DNA from: Candidatus Acidiferrales bacterium
GTDB taxonomy: Bacteria; Acidobacteriota; Terriglobia; Acidiferrales; UBA7541
Length of the DNA: 64,000 bases
Direction: 5' to 3'
Assembly: GCA_963826335.1 (NCBI GenBank)
Contig: CAWGXB010000043.1
Location: 6,559 to 70,558 of the forward strand
Each line of letters begins with the position of its first letter. Within the stretch, counting starts at the first letter, position 1. The notes below the pieces were generated by a model. That model was given only the letters and a program-made list of their open reading frames with translations, was not told the origin of the DNA and made no database searches. The position numbers and the translations under genes were made by a program. Positions 9,169-18,235 of the stretch are shown here, in pieces.

Positions 9169-11624
9169 TGCTGAAGACCATCTGGCGAGACCTGCGCTAT
9201 GGCGTGAGAATCCTGGGTAAGAATCCCGGATTCACCGTGCTGGCTATCGCCATTCTGGCCCTGGGGATTGGTGCGAACACGGCGATTTTCAGCGTTGTGA
9301 ACAGCGTGCTGCTGAAGCCGCTCGCCTATCGTCAGCCGCAACAACTGTATCTGCTGCGGGAAATCGTTCCACAGATGGCCAAGTTCTATCCCACACTGGC
9401 TGCGAATATTCCGGATTTTCGAATTTGGCAGAAGGAATGCCGTTCGTTTGAGAGCATCGCGATAGCCGAGTCGTCGAGCGTTGTTCTCTCTGGCATGGGC
9501 GACGCCCAGCAGCTTCATGGCGTCCGAGCTTCCGCAAACCTCTTCGACGTTCTGGGCGTGCAGCCGGAGTTGGGGCGCGGGTTCGTGATCGACGAAGATG
9601 AGCCGGGTCGCGGCCAGGTGATTGTCCTGACCGCCGGGTTTTGGCGCAGCCACTTCCAGGCTGACAAATCACTGCTCGGCAAAACCATCAAGCTGGATGG
9701 GGCTCCGTTCCACGTGGTCGGCATCCTGCCGGATTCCTTTCACTTTCCGAAACAGGTTGGCGAGCTGGTTGGTTTCCCGGAACACCCTGATTTCTTCCAG
9801 CCTCTGAATGGAGAGCTGCCGTACGAGCAAGATCTGATTGGTGAATTTGATTTCGCGGCAATCGCGCGGCTCAAGCCTGGTGTCGATCCAGGTGCGGCGC
9901 TGGCAGAATTGAACGTTGTGCAGGCGCAAATCGCCAAACAGGCGAATGAAGGCGTCGGCCTGGCGGCGACGATGGCTCCGTTGGAATCCGAAGTGGTGGG
10001 TCCGGCGCGGCGCGGATTGTTCCTTTTGCTTTTTGCGGTGGGCGCAGTGCTCCTGATCGTGTGCGCGAATCTGGCAAATTTGCTTTTGGCACGGGTTCCC
10101 GGACGCATGCGCGAAGCGGCAATCCGCATCAGTTTGGGAGCAAGCCCAATCCAACTGTTGCGCCAACTTCTAATCGAGAGCTTGCTTCTGGGCGTGGTGG
10201 GCGGCGCGCTGGGTATCTGGCTTGCCAGCCTGGGCGTTCCTTGGTTGTTGCACGCGGCTCCCGCGGACTTGCCGCGGCTTGACGAAGTCCACTTGGATGG
10301 GCGCGTGCTTCTGTTTGGCTTGATCCTCTCGCTGGCCACGGCGGTACTCTTTGGAGTGCTGCCTGCCTGGCGGATCGCCTACGCAAATGCACAGGAGACT
10401 TTGAAGGCCGGGAGCACGTCGACGACGGAGAGCCATGGCACACGCCGTTTGCGCCAGGCGCTGATTGGCTTGGAAGTGGGCCTATGCGCCGTGCTGCTGA
10501 TCGTCGCGGGCTTGCTGGCATCGAGTCTTCGGCAAGTTCTAAACGTGAACGCCGGATTCACGGCCGAGCGCGTTCTGGCTGCCGATGTAAACTTGCCGCC
10601 GCTGAGCTACGACAAGCCCGCTGCGCGACTGCATTTCTACGACCAGTCTGTGGCCGGCGTTCGCGCGCTTCCTGGAGTCGTCGCGGCGTCGTGGGTCAGT
10701 ATTCTTCCTCTTCAGGGCCAAGGTTCCGTGACAGGGGTGAGCCTGCCCGGCGCGGAAGAAACCGGCCAGAAATCGCCGATCGCGAATTACCGTGTTGTTG
10801 GTCCCGACTATTTCGAAACGATGGGCATTCCTCTGAGCGCCGGTCGAGAGTTTACCGAGAGCGATCGAACTCGGCACGTGGTCATCGTCTCGCAAGGCCT
10901 TGCCGACCGCTTCTGGCCGAATCAGAATCCCATCGGCAAGATCTGTGTTACCGCTTGGGGTCCGCCGCAAAACAGCGAAGTGATCGGGGTGGCCGGCGAT
11001 ATTCGCACCGTCAGCCTCGACGAGTCGCCGCTTTTGATGGTATACACGCCCGGCAGATTCGCCGGTGCTACGCCGGACGGACCGCAGTCGGCGTCGATTG
11101 TTGTGCGCACCGCCACGGATCCTTCGAGCGTGGCTGCCGCGATGCGTTCCGTGATTCGGAAGGTCGACCCGGAGGTGCCCATTGTGGCGCTGCGGCCGAT
11201 GAGTCAGCTGGTGGCGAAGTCCGTCAGCGCGCGGCGATTCCAGATGTCCCTGGCGCTGATTTTCGCGTTATCGGCGCTCCTTTTGGCGTCTCTGGGAATA
11301 TTCGGAGTGGTGGCGTACTCGGTCGAGCAGCGGCGTCACGAACTGGGAATTCGCAAAGCGCTGGGCGCGCCGGATGACCGGCTGCGCAATATGGTGATGC
11401 GTCAGGGAATGATGCCGGTATTTCTGGGCTTGGCTGGCGGAATCGTTGCCGCTTTTTTCCTGGGGCGGTTGATTGGCTCGTTGCTGTTCGGTGTCAATCC
11501 TTTCGATGTGCCGATCACGATGCTCGTGGCGCTGGTAATTATTGCTGTTGCGCTGGTTGGTTGCTGGATACCTGCGCGGCGGGCGACTCGGATCGATCCG
11601 ATGGTGGCGCTAAGGTATGAATAA
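9165..11624 (+). CDS. ADOP-family duplicated MacB/FtsX-type ABC permease, copy 4
   Basis: ATG 9165 overlaps the upstream TGA (ATGA). N-terminus MMLKTIWRDLRYGVRILGKNPGFT and C-terminus RRATRIDPMVALRYE. Confidence 0.9.
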   Translation: MMLKTIWRDLRYGVRILGKNPGFTVLAIAILALGIGANTAIFSVVNSVLLKPLAYRQPQQLYLLREIVPQMAKFYPTLAANIPDFRIWQKECRSFESIAIAESSSVVLSGMGDAQQLHGVRASANLFDVLGVQPELGRGFVIDEDEPGRGQVIVLTAGFWRSHFQADKSLLGKTIKLDGAPFHVVGILPDSFHFPKQVGELVGFPEHPDFFQPLNGELPYEQDLIGEFDFAAIARLKPGVDPGAALAELNVVQAQIAKQANEGVGLAATMAPLESEVVGPARRGLFLLLFAVGAVLLIVCANLANLLLARVPGRMREAAIRISLGASPIQLLRQLLIESLLLGVVGGALGIWLASLGVPWLLHAAPADLPRLDEVHLDGRVLLFGLILSLATAVLFGVLPAWRIAYANAQETLKAGSTSTTESHGTRRLRQALIGLEVGLCAVLLIVAGLLASSLRQVLNVNAGFTAERVLAADVNLPPLSYDKPAARLHFYDQSVAGVRALPGVVAASWVSILPLQGQGSVTGVSLPGAEETGQKSPIANYRVVGPDYFETMGIPLSAGREFTESDRTRHVVIVSQGLADRFWPNQNPIGKICVTAWGPPQNSEVIGVAGDIRTVSLDESPLLMVYTPGRFAGATPDGPQSASIVVRTATDPSSVAAAMRSVIRKVDPEVPIVALRPMSQLVAKSVSARRFQMSLALIFALSALLLASLGIFGVVAYSVEQRRHELGIRKALGAPDDRLRNMVMRQGMMPVFLGLAGGIVAAFFLGRLIGSLLFGVNPFDVPITMLVALVIIAVALVGCWIPARRATRIDPMVALRYE

Positions 11625-11800
11625 TGTTGCGCTCAATAGCGGGGAACTTTTGCGGTGGTCTGTGTCGTATATCAGGGTACAGAGGTGTGGCTGTCGGGCC
11701 CATTCGTTGGATTGGATGCAAATGTTGCAACGGCGAGGTGCGTTTCTGGTTGGCTTTGAACGATCTCATGAATCCCGAACTTAGGAGAACAAATGACTGA
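11624..11800 (+). CDS. Hypothetical Cys/Gly-rich small ORF (58 codons) filling the permease-ATPase gap
   Basis: Translated by hand as MLRSIAGNFCGGLCRISGYRGVAVGPIRWIGCKCCNGEVRFWLALNDLMNPELRRTND. Its ATG overlaps the copy-4 TAA (TAATG) and its TGA overlaps the start of the ATPase gene (ATGACTGA). AAGG lies 7 nt upstream. It is below the 60-aa track cutoff, its third-position GC is only about half, and I recognise no homolog. Confidence 0.2.
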   Translation: MLRSIAGNFCGGLCRISGYRGVAVGPIRWIGCKCCNGEVRFWLALNDLMNPELRRTND

Positions 11801-12503
11801 CACAAATAATGTGCTGATCAAGATGGAAGGCGTCAAGAAGGTGTTCCTGACGGACGAGGTGGAAACTCACGCGCTGGAAGAGATTCACCTGGAGATTCAT
11901 CGAGGGCAGTACGTCTCGATCTCCGGGCCATCCGGCTGCGGCAAGTCCACTCTATTGTCGATTCTGGGCTTGCTGGACTCGCCCACGGAAGGGAAGTACC
12001 TGCTGAACGGGCAGCCAGTGGCGAATCTCACCGCCAGCGAACGCACCCGCATCCGTAATCGCGAGATTGGCTTCATTTTCCAGGCGTTCAACCTGATTGG
12101 CGACCTCACGGTTTACGAGAACGTTGAGTTGCCACTCACCTATCGCGGCACCAGTTCGGCGGAGCGCAAGCAGAAGGTGGAGCATGCCCTCGAACGCGTC
12201 GGCATGGCTCACCGCATGCGCCACTACCCCTCGCAACTTTCCGGCGGTCAGCAACAGCGCGTGGCCGTGGCCAGAGCATTGGTTGGCGATCCACTGATCC
12301 TGATGGCCGATGAGCCCACCGGAAACCTGGACTCGCGCAATGGCGAGGCGGTCATGGAATTGCTCCGCGACCTGCACCGCAATGGCGCCACCATTTGCAT
12401 GGTGACGCACGACGAGCGCTACGCTCACTTCGCCGAACGCACCATCCGCTTGTTTGACGGACGCGTGGTGGAAGAAACCCAGGAAGCTCACGCCGCGGTG
12501 TAA
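11793..12503 (+). CDS. MacB/LolD-type ABC transporter ATP-binding protein 1
   Basis: Walker A GPSGCGKST, Q-loop IGFIFQ, signature LSGGQQQRVAVARAL, Walker [14 protein letters not shown] and H-switch VTHD. AGGAGA lies upstream of the ATG. Confidence 0.92.
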   Translation: MTDTNNVLIKMEGVKKVFLTDEVETHALEEIHLEIHRGQYVSISGPSGCGKSTLLSILGLLDSPTEGKYLLNGQPVANLTASERTRIRNREIGFIFQAFNLIGDLTVYENVELPLTYRGTSSAERKQKVEHALERVGMAHRMRHYPSQLSGGQQQRVAVARALVGDPLILMADEPTGNLDSRNGEAVMELLRDLHRNGATICMVTHDERYAHFAERTIRLFDGRVVEETQEAHAAV

Positions 12504-14981
12504 TTGAGAACTGAGGGGCCGCAATTGCACAGCTTTCTGCAAGACATCCGCTATGGCCTCAGGATGCTGAGGAAAAATCCTGGTTTCACGGCAATTGCGG
12601 TGCTGACGCTGGCTCTGGGCATCGGTGCGAACACCGCGCTGTTTTCCGTGATTAACGGAGTGTTGCTGAATCCTCTGCCTTTCTCGCAGGCCGACCAGTT
12701 AGTCACGCTCAGCGAGAGCAAGCCAAATTTTGAGTACGGCTCCATCTCGTATCCCAATTTTCGTGACTGGCAAAAAGAAAATCGCACGCTCTCTTCTGTT
12801 GCCGCCTTTCGCAGCTATGCCTTCAGTTTGACCGGTGCCGGCGAAGCTCAACAAGTGAAAGGAGAATTCGTCTCCTCAGATACTTTCCCGATGCTGGGCG
12901 TAAAGCCTCTCGTCGGGCGCACCTTCGTTTCCGGTGAAGACGAGATCGGAGCGGCGCCCATCGCTATGCTTGCGGAAGGCTTGTGGCGTCGCAAGTTCGG
13001 TGCGAGGGAGGATATTCTCGGGAAAGCCATCAACCTCGACGGAAAGAGCTACGTCGTTGTGGGTGTTATTCCGGCCAGTTTTCACATTGCGGTTCCCTCG
13101 TTTTCCGACAATCGGGAAGTGTTCGTGCCGCTCGGGCAGTGGAGCAATCCTCTGCTGAATCATCGGGAAGCTGGCTTGGGAATTCATGGCATGGGCCGTC
13201 TGAAACCGGGCGTCACGATTCAGCAAGCGCAAGCGGATATGGACGGCGTTACAAGTAGCCTGGCGGCGGCTTATCCTGATGCCGACAAGGGAATCAGCGC
13301 CAAACTTGTACCCATTCGCCGGTCAATGCTCGGCGGAATCCAACCAACACTGCTGATGCTGTTCGCCGCGGTTGGATTTGTGCTTTTGATCGCGTGCGTC
13401 AACGTGGCCAATCTGCTGCTGGCGCGCTCGACCGGCAGAGCCCGCGAATTTGCCGTGCGCACCGCGCTGGGCGCTCCGCGGAGCCGCGTGATTCGCCAGT
13501 TGCTCACCGAGTGCATTTTGATTTCGATGATTGGCGGAGCGCTGGGCTTGCTTCTGGCAGTTTGGGGCACGCGTTCCGCTCTGGGAGTGTTGCCGCAGGC
13601 TTTGCCGCGTACGGAGCAAGTCGGGCTCGATGCGCGCGTTTTGCTCTTCACCTTCGGAATTTCGTTACTCGCCGGAATACTGTTTGGGCTCGCACCGGCG
13701 TTCAAAACGTCACGCACCAACCTGACCGAAACCTTAAAGCAGGGCGGGCGTGGCACAACCGCTTCCCGTCATGGCGCGCAAGCCGTATTCGTCGTTGCCG
13801 AAGTGGCGCTGGCGCTGGTGTTGCTCATCGGCGCAGGGCTGATGGTGCGGAGCTTGTCGCGCTTGTGGAGAACCGATCCCGGTTTTGATGCACACAACGC
13901 CATGACGTTTGGACTCTCGCTGCCTCCCTCCCTGATGAACGCCAAACCCGACGCAGTTCGCGCTTCCTTTCGCGAATTTGACCGCAGGATGGCAGCACTT
14001 CCCGGCGTAGCGGGCATATCGCAAACCTGGGGCGCAGTGCCGTTGGTCGACGATGATGAGCAACTGTTTTGGCTGGAGGGCCAGCCAAAACCCACCAGCC
14101 AAAACGACATGAACTGGGCGCTCAACTACATCGTCGAGCCGGATTATCTCCGCGTGATGGGCATCCCGTTGCGACAGGGAAGATTCTTCACACCGCAGGA
14201 TAACGAGCACTCGCCGCTGGTGATTGCCGTCGACGACGTTTTCGCGCAAAAATATTTTCCAAACGAAAATCCCGTCGGCAAGCGCATCCATATCGACCGC
14301 TTCGATCAGCCTGCTGAAATCGTAGGGTTGGTGGGCCACGTGAAGCAGTGGGGACTGGACTCGGACGACACCGAATCGCTGCGCGCACAACTCTACATTC
14401 CATGCATGCAGATGCCCGACGCATTCATCGGCCTGGTTCCTTCGGGAGGCCAGGCGGTGGTGCGTTCCACGGGCGCGGTACCCGATCTCTACGCTTCGAT
14501 ACGACGCGCCAATGCGGAAATGAGCGGCGAACAGGTACTCTTTGGCGCGCAAACGATGGAGCAGGTCATTTCCGATTCGCTGGCGCCGCGTCGATTCTCG
14601 ATGATCCTGCTGGGAACGTTTGCCGGCCTGGCGCTGCTGCTCGCCAGCATCGGAATTTACGGCGTGATTTCCTACGTTGTTGGCCAACGTGCGAATGAAA
14701 TTGGCGTTCGCATGGCGTTGGGCGCGAAATCGCACGATATTCTGCGTCTTGTCCTGGAAGATGGCGGGAAATTGGTGTTGATAGGAATCGCGATCGGACT
14801 GGTTGCCGCGTTTGGGCTGACGCGATTGATCAAAAGCTTTTTGTACGGCGTCGATGCCGCTGATCCACTTACGTTCGCGGCCGTCGCCGTCTTGTTATCG
14901 CTTGTGGCGCTGGCGGCCTGTTATGTGCCGGCGCGCCGCGCCGCCCGCGTCGACCCGGTGATCGCCCTTCGTTATGAATAA
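12504..14981 (+). CDS. ADOP-family duplicated MacB/FtsX-type ABC permease, copy 5
   Basis: TTG 12504 abuts the ATPase TAA; an alternative TTG at 12525 follows GAGGGG. N-terminus LHSFLQDIRYGLRMLRKNPGFTAI and C-terminus RRAARVDPVIALRYE. Confidence 0.88.
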   Translation: MRTEGPQLHSFLQDIRYGLRMLRKNPGFTAIAVLTLALGIGANTALFSVINGVLLNPLPFSQADQLVTLSESKPNFEYGSISYPNFRDWQKENRTLSSVAAFRSYAFSLTGAGEAQQVKGEFVSSDTFPMLGVKPLVGRTFVSGEDEIGAAPIAMLAEGLWRRKFGAREDILGKAINLDGKSYVVVGVIPASFHIAVPSFSDNREVFVPLGQWSNPLLNHREAGLGIHGMGRLKPGVTIQQAQADMDGVTSSLAAAYPDADKGISAKLVPIRRSMLGGIQPTLLMLFAAVGFVLLIACVNVANLLLARSTGRAREFAVRTALGAPRSRVIRQLLTECILISMIGGALGLLLAVWGTRSALGVLPQALPRTEQVGLDARVLLFTFGISLLAGILFGLAPAFKTSRTNLTETLKQGGRGTTASRHGAQAVFVVAEVALALVLLIGAGLMVRSLSRLWRTDPGFDAHNAMTFGLSLPPSLMNAKPDAVRASFREFDRRMAALPGVAGISQTWGAVPLVDDDEQLFWLEGQPKPTSQNDMNWALNYIVEPDYLRVMGIPLRQGRFFTPQDNEHSPLVIAVDDVFAQKYFPNENPVGKRIHIDRFDQPAEIVGLVGHVKQWGLDSDDTESLRAQLYIPCMQMPDAFIGLVPSGGQAVVRSTGAVPDLYASIRRANAEMSGEQVLFGAQTMEQVISDSLAPRRFSMILLGTFAGLALLLASIGIYGVISYVVGQRANEIGVRMALGAKSHDILRLVLEDGGKLVLIGIAIGLVAAFGLTRLIKSFLYGVDAADPLTFAAVAVLLSLVALAACYVPARRAARVDPVIALRYE

Positions 14982-14993
14982 AAAGGAGCAAAC

Positions 14994-15698
14994 GTGCAGC
15001 CTCTGATTCAGTTGAAAAATCTGGAGAAAGCCTTCGAAGCTGGGGGGCAGAAATTCTTCGTCTTGCGGCGCATCAACCTGGACATCCAACCCGGGGAATT
15101 CGTCACCATCATGGGACCGTCCGGGGCAGGGAAGTCCACTTTGCTCAGCATTATCGGAATGCTCGATGGCGCTTGGACGGGCGAGTACTTCTTCGGCGAG
15201 CAACCGGTTCACAAACTCAGCGTGAAGCAGCGCAACGAGCTGCACAAATACAACATCGGTTTCGTGTTTCAGAGCTACCATCTCATCGACACGCTTACCG
15301 TGTACGAAAATCTTGAAGTGCCTCTCTCTTACAAAAATATTCCCCACAAAGAACGCTCCAGCCTGGTTTGCGACGCGCTCGACCGTTTCAACATTGTGGG
15401 CAAGAAAGATCTGTTCCCTAATCAGCTCTCTGGCGGACAGCAACAACTGGTCGGCGTGGCGCGCGCCGTAATCCAGAATCCCAAACTGATTCTTGCTGAC
15501 GAGCCAACCGGCAATCTTCACTCTGCCCAGGGTGAAGAAATCATGGAGTTGTTCAAGCGGCTCAACGATGCGGGCACCACTATCATTCAGGTGACGCACT
15601 CGGAGAAAAACGCTTCGTACGGCAATCGCATCATCAACCTGCGCGATGGTTGGGTGGTTACTGAAACGCCCACCACGGTTGCGGGCTCGGCCCAGTAA
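14994..15698 (+). CDS. MacB/LolD-type ABC transporter ATP-binding protein 2 (divergent signature/D-loop)
   Basis: GTG 14994 follows AAGGAG. Walker [10 protein letters not shown], signature [15 protein letters not shown], Walker [13 protein letters not shown] and H-switch VTHS. Confidence 0.9.
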   Translation: MQPLIQLKNLEKAFEAGGQKFFVLRRINLDIQPGEFVTIMGPSGAGKSTLLSIIGMLDGAWTGEYFFGEQPVHKLSVKQRNELHKYNIGFVFQSYHLIDTLTVYENLEVPLSYKNIPHKERSSLVCDALDRFNIVGKKDLFPNQLSGGQQQLVGVARAVIQNPKLILADEPTGNLHSAQGEEIMELFKRLNDAGTTIIQVTHSEKNASYGNRIINLRDGWVVTETPTTVAGSAQ

Positions 15699-15754
15699 CG
15701 TTCCTTTGGTTCGGCCACGACCTAAAGCTCAATCTTCGCCAAGGAGACTTCACC

Positions 15755-18226
15755 ATGGGAATTGTTCAGGATTTGCGCTACGCGCTTCGCATGCTGGCAA
15801 AATCTCCCGGCTTCACCGCGGTTGCTGTACTTACGCTGGCGCTCGGCATTGGCGTGAACACCACCGTGTTCAGCGTGATTAACGGCCTGCTTCTTCGTCC
15901 GATGCCCGTGCCGCAGCCGGAGCAGATTACGGTGTTGGGCGCGCAGCAGGAAGGCAGTCTGGATTATCAGCCGTTCTCGTATCCAGATTACCTGGATATT
16001 CGAAGCCAGGCCTCTGACGTCTTCAGCGACGTCCTGGCATACCGCGTTTCGTTGGTCGGACTCACCGTGGACGGCAAGGGCGACCACTGCGTCATCAGTC
16101 GCGTAACCGGGAATTATTTTACGGTTGCGGGAATTCAGCCTTTTCTGGGGCGCTTGATTCTTCCTTCGGAAGGACAAACGCCCGGCGCAGATCCGGTTGT
16201 TGTGCTCGGATATGCCTACTGGCAAAAGCGTTTTGGCGGCGACAAAAGCATCATCGGCAAGCAAGTGCAGATGGACGGACACCCGGTAACGATTATCGGG
16301 GTTACTCCAAAAGGTTTTCCGGGCATGTATTCGTTCCTGAATATGGACGCTTACATTCCCCTGAGCGCTGACGCAGGTCTGGGCGGAAATACATCCGCGG
16401 CGGAGACGTGGACGCACCGCGAAGAGCGCTCGCTGGAGTTGAAAGGGCGGTTGAAGCCTGGCGTGGACATCAAGCAAGCCACCGCCGCGCTGCAACTGGT
16501 GGCGCACCGCCTGGCCGAGCAACATCCAGAGACCGACAAGGGAATTAAGTTCAGCGTGTTCCCGGAGCGGCTCGCTCGCCCGGAACCTGATCCGGATGGC
16601 ACGGTTCCGAAAGTTTCTCTGGCCTTTACCGCGCTTGCGGTCATGGTGCTGTTGGTCGCGTGCTTCAACATTGCCAACATTTTATTGGTGCGCGCCACCA
16701 CGAGGCAGCGCGAAATGGCGATTCGAACCGCGGTTGGCGCAGGATTGGGACGGCTGGTGCGGCAAAGCATGACGGAGAGTTTGTTGCTCGCTATTCTTGG
16801 AGGTGGCGGCGGACTGCTGCTCGGATGGTGGGCGTCGGGATTCCTCAGTTCGTTGCCCTTAGGCACGGATTTGCCGGTCGAATTCAATTTTCAGCCGGAC
16901 GCGCGCGTTTTCTTTTTGACGGCGGTGGTGGTCCTGCTGGCTGCGGTGGTCGTCGGCGTGGTGCCGGCGCTGCCTTTGACGAAGACAGACGTGAACAGCG
17001 TGTTGCGCGAAGGCGGCCGCGGCGCTTCCGAAGGGCGCAAGCGGAATTTCATGCGCAGTACGCTGGTGGTGGCGCAACTGGCGGGTTCATTGCTGCTTCT
17101 TGTGGTGGCGGGATTGTTTGTGCGTAGCCTTGGCAAGGCGGAGAAACTCTATCTGGGTTTTGATCCCGACCACATCATTAACGTCTCCATGGACATTCAC
17201 GAAATTGGCTACCAGGACCCTCAAGGTAAGGAATTTTATCGCAGCGCGGAAGAGCGTATTCGCGCGCTGCCCGGCGTTGTGTCGGTCACGCAGGCGTTTT
17301 CCATTCCCATGGGACTGATCAGCGCCTCAGACCAGGTGATTCCCGTGGACCATCCGCTCGAGCCCGGGCAGGTGCCACCCAACGTTTTCGACAACATGGT
17401 GACTCCCAGCTATTTCGAAACGATGCGGATTCCTTTGAAGCGTGGACGGCTATTCACCGACGCCGACAATGAAAATGCTCCGCATGTGGCGGTGATTAAC
17501 GAGACCATGGCGAAGAAGTTCTGGCCCAACGAAGACGCGCTCGGCCGGAGATTCAAGAGTAAAGATAGGGAGCACAAGTTTACAGATGTCGAAGTCATCG
17601 GGATCGTACAAGATGGCAAGTACAAGGGAATCGTCGAAGATGCCATGCCTTTCTTTTACGTGCCTCTCAGCCAGGAGTACATTTCTCTGCGCAACATCCA
17701 GGTGCGCACTTCCGTGCCGCCGGAAAACCTGGAACTGCAGATCGCTAATACGATTCGCGAACTTGCGCCGGGCCTTCCTGTCACCGTGAAAACCATGAAT
17801 CAGGACCTGCAGGGACTTAACGGATATATGTTCTTCCGATTGGGCGCGCAATTAAGCGGCACCATGGGCTTGCTGGGATTGGTGCTGGCGGTGGTGGGCG
17901 TGTACAGCGTGGTGTCTTACGCCGCCGCACAGCGTACTCATGAGATCGGCATTCGCATGGCGTTAGGCGCCGAGCGCAGGGACGTTTTGAAAATGGTATT
18001 GTCCCGCAGCCTGGTGATGATTGCTGTTGGCGTTGCCGTCGGATTGCTGATCTCGTTCGCTGGCGCGCGCGCAATTGCCAGCCTGCTGGTGGGAGTCAGC
18101 CCAAGCGATCCCGTCACTTTTGGCGCGGTGCTGTTGCTACTGCTCGGTGTTGCGCTACTGGCGTGTTTGATTCCCGCGTATCGCGCCACGCGAGTCGATC
18201 CTCTTGTCGCGCTGCGCTACGAATAG
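15755..18226 (+). CDS. ADOP-family duplicated MacB/FtsX-type ABC permease, copy 6
   Basis: ATG 15755 follows AAGGAG. N-terminus MGIVQDLRYALRMLAKSPGFTAV and C-terminus YRATRVDPLVALRYE. Confidence 0.9.
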   Translation: MGIVQDLRYALRMLAKSPGFTAVAVLTLALGIGVNTTVFSVINGLLLRPMPVPQPEQITVLGAQQEGSLDYQPFSYPDYLDIRSQASDVFSDVLAYRVSLVGLTVDGKGDHCVISRVTGNYFTVAGIQPFLGRLILPSEGQTPGADPVVVLGYAYWQKRFGGDKSIIGKQVQMDGHPVTIIGVTPKGFPGMYSFLNMDAYIPLSADAGLGGNTSAAETWTHREERSLELKGRLKPGVDIKQATAALQLVAHRLAEQHPETDKGIKFSVFPERLARPEPDPDGTVPKVSLAFTALAVMVLLVACFNIANILLVRATTRQREMAIRTAVGAGLGRLVRQSMTESLLLAILGGGGGLLLGWWASGFLSSLPLGTDLPVEFNFQPDARVFFLTAVVVLLAAVVVGVVPALPLTKTDVNSVLREGGRGASEGRKRNFMRSTLVVAQLAGSLLLLVVAGLFVRSLGKAEKLYLGFDPDHIINVSMDIHEIGYQDPQGKEFYRSAEERIRALPGVVSVTQAFSIPMGLISASDQVIPVDHPLEPGQVPPNVFDNMVTPSYFETMRIPLKRGRLFTDADNENAPHVAVINETMAKKFWPNEDALGRRFKSKDREHKFTDVEVIGIVQDGKYKGIVEDAMPFFYVPLSQEYISLRNIQVRTSVPPENLELQIANTIRELAPGLPVTVKTMNQDLQGLNGYMFFRLGAQLSGTMGLLGLVLAVVGVYSVVSYAAAQRTHEIGIRMALGAERRDVLKMVLSRSLVMIAVGVAVGLLISFAGARAIASLLVGVSPSDPVTFGAVLLLLLGVALLACLIPAYRATRVDPLVALRYE

Positions 18227-18235
18227 GAAGGGGCC

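Noticed and set aside
10433-10455. TGGCAC...TTTGC sigma-54-like sequence inside permease copy 4
   Set aside because: The spacing between TGGCAC and TTGC is 7 nt instead of 5, and the site is in the middle of a coding region.
11707-11728. TTGGATGCAAATGTTGCA sigma-54-like sequence in the gap before ATPase 1
   Set aside because: The GG-to-GC distance is one nucleotide too long (13 instead of 12), and sigma-54 promoters do not tolerate this. I kept it only as a note.
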